This document shows positions 16,562-20,000 of a stretch of 20,000 nt of DNA, one piece after another. Both the position numbers and the translations under genes were made by a program. Origin of the DNA: an uncultured virus (IMG/VR IMGVR_UViG_3300026167_000080) (Duplodnaviria; Heunggongvirae; Uroviricota; Caudoviricetes); the IMG/VR virus record IMGVR_UViG_3300026167_000080; one strand, written 5' to 3'. The notes beneath the pieces are model-generated. The model had not been told where the DNA came from, did no database searches, and saw only the letters and a program-made list of their open reading frames with translations. The first letter of the stretch is position 1. Every line of letters starts with the position of its first letter.

Positions 16562-17371
16562 CTATACACTAAGTATTACTTTTCTTTTTACCTCTTCTTG
16601 AATCTTCTTATGTAGATTTGAGGAGATTGCTTTTAACATCTCTTCTAATTGAAGGGCTTTAGAAAGACTCTCTATCTCAATGCCTTCCTCAGGCATCTTT
16701 TTATGAATATTGGAGTCACCTATAATGATAGTTTCTGTACCATTCCATCCTATAGTTCCTCTTTCTTCTTCCTTCCACTTCATGAATAATTTGCCACTCC
16801 TCTTGTCAAATGTAATCTTATCTGGTAAGGATAATTTATATTCTTGAGGAGATATAGACCAATTAAAAGTAGAAGCTAAACTTAAATCTATACTTACAAG
16901 GATTTCGTCTTTAGTCTCTATAAATCCTTTATCCTTTAATCCCTCAAGAGGTTGATATGGTATAACCTCCATCTTAGTTAACGGATTTATATGTGGTGAG
17001 ATTCTGAATGCATCACCAATAGTAATCGATAGTCTAGAACATAGCCTCTTTCTGGTTGTTAATTCTGTTTCTTCATTTTTAAAAGCATCATCTATTTCCT
17101 TTCTGACTGAAAAACTAACTTGTCTCGTAGCTTTATTTAATTGATCGGCCCAGGATACCACTTCATCTATCTTCGGTACTATTAATGTAACCCTCTTGTA
17201 ATTGTTTACTAATAAAGGATTATATCCAATGAATTTGCAATCCTTTCCATTTTCATTCTCTTCTACTACCCAATGAAAGAAAGGACATACTGCCCTTTTA
17301 TTAGTAAATTTCGTTAATAGATACGCCCTCAATTCTGGTGTTACGTAATCACTTTCATGTAAATGTATCAT
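16562..17371 (-). CDS. Hypothetical protein
   Basis: 269-aa ORF with GAGGAG RBS. Confidence 0.8.
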   Translation of the reverse strand: MIHLHESDYVTPELRAYLLTKFTNKRAVCPFFHWVVEENENGKDCKFIGYNPLLVNNYKRVTLIVPKIDEVVSWADQLNKATRQVSFSVRKEIDDAFKNEETELTTRKRLCSRLSITIGDAFRISPHINPLTKMEVIPYQPLEGLKDKGFIETKDEILVSIDLSLASTFNWSISPQEYKLSLPDKITFDKRSGKLFMKWKEEERGTIGWNGTETIIIGDSNIHKKMPEEGIEIESLSKALQLEEMLKAISSNLHKKIQEEVKRKVILSV

Positions 17372-17430
17372 AGTATATACTCCTCTAAATAAATAAAACT
17401 AAAGATCTTTCTATACCATCATTTTATATA

Positions 17431-17718
17431 TTATTTGAATGTTGCGTCAGATACACTCCGACCCAACCCTTTCACTTCTGCAATATTACAGAACTGTTCT
17501 CCTAAAGACGAACCAAAGAAATATTGTATAGGCAGTACTGTAGAGTTTAGTTGATGACAAATAAGAAGAATTATTCTTAATGAGATAAATACAGCCCCAA
17601 TTGTTTCTAAACCTAAACTTGGTTTAGTATAATTACTAGTTGGAATAGATCCTATTTCTAACGCTTCATCTAGAATTTGGATCTTTAAAGTACGTAAGGC
17701 TACTTGCTGTATATTCAA
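17431..17718 (-). CDS. Small hypothetical protein with one hydrophobic segment
   Basis: 95 aa; TTG start 8 nt after GGAGG; hydrophobic IGAVFISLRIILLIC. Confidence 0.6.
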   Translation of the reverse strand: MNIQQVALRTLKIQILDEALEIGSIPTSNYTKPSLGLETIGAVFISLRIILLICHQLNSTVLPIQYFFGSSLGEQFCNIAEVKGLGRSVSDATFK

Positions 17719-17720
17719 CT

Positions 17721-17927
17721 TAAAGTCCTCCCCAGTTAATTACTTACTGATATTGAGAATACGGAGGACGGTATCTCTTTTAAGACTTTACTTATTTGTC
17801 TATAAACTCTCTACCTATATCAATTCTTTCTCTCTATTAAGTTAATGATGATTTAATGATGATATAGAAAGAATCTAAAAGGAAAGAAGAAAGCAAAGAA
17901 TAAAGAATCAATATCAGTAATAACTGG
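17721..17927 (-). ncRNA. Candidate structured cis-regulatory leader RNA with RBS-sequestering pairing
   Basis: Long-range IR 17732-17756 / 17908-17927 (20 bp with a 5-nt bulge). Hairpin 17755-17777 has loop CGUCCUCC complementary to GGAGGAC at 17725-17731. Inner IR 17823-17831 / 17866-17874. Confidence 0.45.
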
Positions 17928-18019
17928 TTCTTCTTATTTCTTTTTATACTTTTCTTCTTTTCTCCTTCTCTGCTTTATACACTCTTTTGCTTAGCTCCAT
18001 TACTTTGTTTTACTACATC

Positions 18020-18169
18020 TTACTCTTTCCTTATACAAGTAGTATCATCAACAATTTCATACAGTTCATTAAACCTCTCTTCGCTAATGTTACTGTATGA
18101 ACCGTTTGGATACTTTAACCTAACTTGTTTCTCTTCTGTTCTCTCGTATTCTATTACGTACATGTACAT
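18020..18169 (-). CDS. Small hypothetical protein (49 aa), not in the supplied ORF track
   Basis: MYMYVIEYERTEEKQVRLKYPNGSYSNISEERFNELYEIVDDTTCIRKE*. The start overlaps the upstream stop as TAATG (translational coupling). Confidence 0.65.
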   Translation of the reverse strand: MYMYVIEYERTEEKQVRLKYPNGSYSNISEERFNELYEIVDDTTCIRKE

Positions 18170-18456
18170 TATAAGCTGAACCCTCTAATTGCCCACATAC
18201 CAATGATTCTATTTTGATCGTGACTCAAATCCCCAAATTGAAGATGTTGAGCTAATGTCCAGATACTATCTAGAGACGCACAATTTTGTGCTCTATAGAA
18301 TTCCTTTTCAACTTTTTTATTGTTCACTTCCTTCATTACCATTGCTTTGAAATGGCTTACTAACTCAGGGTCTAATCCATCTGTTAGTAATAGCTCGTAC
18401 AGTTTCTCCCACTCGCATTTTTGTGTACGTTTAGGATTATTATCAACTGCTAACAT
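18169..18456 (-). CDS. Small hypothetical protein
   Basis: 95-aa ORF with AGGGG RBS. Confidence 0.7.
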   Translation of the reverse strand: MLAVDNNPKRTQKCEWEKLYELLLTDGLDPELVSHFKAMVMKEVNNKKVEKEFYRAQNCASLDSIWTLAQHLQFGDLSHDQNRIIGMWAIRGFSL

Positions 18457-18472
18457 ACTTCAACCCCTAAAT

Positions 18473-19144
18473 TTAAACTACTAATACTTCGTACATAGAT
18501 CTGGAAGTACATCCTAAACCTTTAACACACGTTCCATTTATATTAGTCATATAACTAATATGATGGTGTCCATGTATCAAAAGGCTAGGTTTGGCTAACA
18601 TTACCAATTGCTCAATAGCTTCCCTACAATTATCTTTCTCTTCATAAGCTATTACCTCACTTCTAATACCTTCATGGCTCAGAATGATGTCTACTTTACA
18701 AGAGCTTACATTACCTATACATCTATAATATTCTGAGAAGTCTATTGTTTCTTCTCTCCACCAATCTATCCCTTCTTTTCTATAACGTCTATCAGTTGAG
18801 TTAGCCCCTCCGATAAACATTATATTAGAAGAACCTACAAGCTTCATATATCCTCTAGGAATATAGTAAAAGTTATAAGAGTCATATCCCATATCTTCTA
18901 AGCTTATAGGGCTATTTTCATGACGATACCTTTTTAGAACTGAATGATCGTCATGATTACCATCAATAAAATAAAAGGGGATTGGAGAATTTAGATTAGC
19001 TAGGAAATCAGGATAAAGATTAGGAAAGAACCCAAAGTCCCCTACTTGATAAATCTCTTTACATCCCATTTCTTCAGCATAATCTATTGCTTCATATATA
19101 AGCTTAATATCTCCATGAGTATCCCCCACTATTAGTATTTTCAT
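18473..19144 (-). CDS. Calcineurin-like metallophosphoesterase
   Basis: All five motifs are present: VGDTHG, VGDFG, DGNHD, ILSH, HGHHH. Confidence 0.93.
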   Translation of the reverse strand: MKILIVGDTHGDIKLIYEAIDYAEEMGCKEIYQVGDFGFFPNLYPDFLANLNSPIPFYFIDGNHDDHSVLKRYRHENSPISLEDMGYDSYNFYYIPRGYMKLVGSSNIMFIGGANSTDRRYRKEGIDWWREETIDFSEYYRCIGNVSSCKVDIILSHEGIRSEVIAYEEKDNCREAIEQLVMLAKPSLLIHGHHHISYMTNINGTCVKGLGCTSRSMYEVLVV

Positions 19145-19145
19145 C

Positions 19146-19436
19146 CTAATCTAAGATTCGTGGATCAATCTTCCACGGTTCTTCAGCATAGGTGTAGTTG
19201 GGCTTATAACTTTCCGATGACTCTAATATAGAGTAGACTTTCTTATTCGCCCTTCTTTTTCCTTCTTGTTCTTGTATGTAACCCATCTTACATAACTCTC
19301 TTATAACTGTGTGGAGATAAGATGGTGAAACATCAGATTCTAACGCATCTCTGATATCTTCAAATTCTTTAAATTCTTTGGGGTCTGACGATGCTAAAAA
19401 TATGCTGAGTACTTCTTGTTGAAGTTTTGATAACAT
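19146..19436 (-). CDS. Winged-helix DNA-binding protein
   Basis: LSKLQQEVLSIF...EDIRDAL...SPSYLHTVIRELCKMGYIQ...KKVYSI is a typical wHTH pattern. Confidence 0.65.
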   Translation of the reverse strand: MLSKLQQEVLSIFLASSDPKEFKEFEDIRDALESDVSPSYLHTVIRELCKMGYIQEQEGKRRANKKVYSILESSESYKPNYTYAEEPWKIDPRILD

Positions 19437-19453
19437 AATAATTTCCTATTCCT

Positions 19454-20000
19454 TTAGTTATTGCGTAGAATTGCTTCTAATTCTTCTACCTCTGTGTATC
19501 GAGGATTATGCTCTACCACTCTTTTGATTGATAGAACGTCGTCTGTTGCTATTGTTGGTATATTAGATTCTTTCTTTTTACCTATCTCTACCTTTTCACT
19601 TTTACTTCTCCGTTTACTAGGTTTCACTCCGTGTCTCTTGAGAGCACGTCTGTATTTCTTACGGGCATTCATGGGTATATCACCGTAATTTATTTTGCCC
19701 CACTCATTGGCACACATCTTTTGCTCTACAATACCTATCTTAGATCTTAAGCTAGTCAATGTCTTTCTATATATTGCTATTCCTCTCTGACCGCTTATAT
19801 ACGACACTAACGCTTTAAAGGCATTAGGATATGCTACAGCATGAGCTTTATATTCTGACGGTAACCATTTCGCTAAGAGAGATGGGTTCCTTGAACTCAT
19901 ATCTTTTCTTAACGTATCTTTTATAAGCTCCAATAAAACAAGATAATTGAAGTTTGTCTTATCTTTCTCCTTCTCCTTCTCCTTCTCATTATCCTTATTA
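19454..20000 (-). CDS. DUF2828-like (TROVE-related) protein, 5'-partial; the true start lies beyond the window
   Basis: SLLAKWLPSE, YRKTLTSLR..IGIVEQKMCANEWGKINYGDIP match DUF2828 motifs as I recall them. The frame stays open from 19933 to 20000 (NKDNEKEKEKEKDKTNFNYLVL). Confidence 0.75.
   Translation of the reverse strand, partial: NKDNEKEKEKEKDKTNFNYLVLLELIKDTLRKDMSSRNPSLLAKWLPSEYKAHAVAYPNAFKALVSYISGQRGIAIYRKTLTSLRSKIGIVEQKMCANEWGKINYGDIPMNARKKYRRALKRHGVKPSKRRSKSEKVEIGKKKESNIPTIATDDVLSIKRVVEHNPRYTEVEELEAILRNN

Noticed and set aside
1938..19688. Plus-strand ORFs in the track (1938-2156, 2445-2666, 5929-6213, 6718-6942, 9929-10207, 11227-11532, 15094-15318, 19461-19688)
   Set aside because: They are antisense shadows of minus-strand genes or run through repeats and hairpins. 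They are low-complexity and lack convincing RBSs.
19931..19933. TTG start given for the DUF2828-like ORF
   Set aside because: The frame is open to the window edge and the family normally has more N-terminal sequence, so the real start is probably upstream.
1..20000. Stop-codon reassignment (alternative genetic code)
   Set aside because: Coding density is high under code 11, conserved enzymes are uninterrupted, and TAA, TAG and TGA all end genes at plausible boundaries.
1..20000. Borg or other archaeal element
   Set aside because: Tandem repeats and one-strand coding are suggestive, but TilS (rather than TiaS) points to a bacterial host and no archaeal marker was recognised.

Overview
AT-rich, gene-dense window in which all credible genes (about 30) lie on the minus strand and most have no recognisable family. 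This is most consistent with an early/middle region of a large bacteriophage or another large bacterial extrachromosomal element (genetic code 11). Recognisable proteins are a Pif1/RecD-like SF1B helicase, a NYN/LabA-DUF88 ribonuclease, a short TilS-like PP-loop enzyme, a PD-(D/E)XK-like nuclease, a calcineurin-like metallophosphoesterase, two winged-helix proteins and a DUF2828-like protein that runs off the right edge. The most distinctive signals are: (i) long inverted repeats without U-tracts in most larger intergenic gaps, several with G-U-compatible mismatches on the transcribed strand; (ii) a ~210-nt leader at 17720-17930 in which an anti-Shine-Dalgarno loop can pair with the downstream gene's RBS; (iii) two GC-richer genes (4632-5621 and 11389-12039) that appear to be distant paralogs; (iv) a hairpin-flanked overlap at the helicase start that could reflect recoding; and (v) many short tandem repeats. 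I recognised no tRNA, rRNA, CRISPR array or transposase. All family calls come from motif recognition by eye, with no database search.
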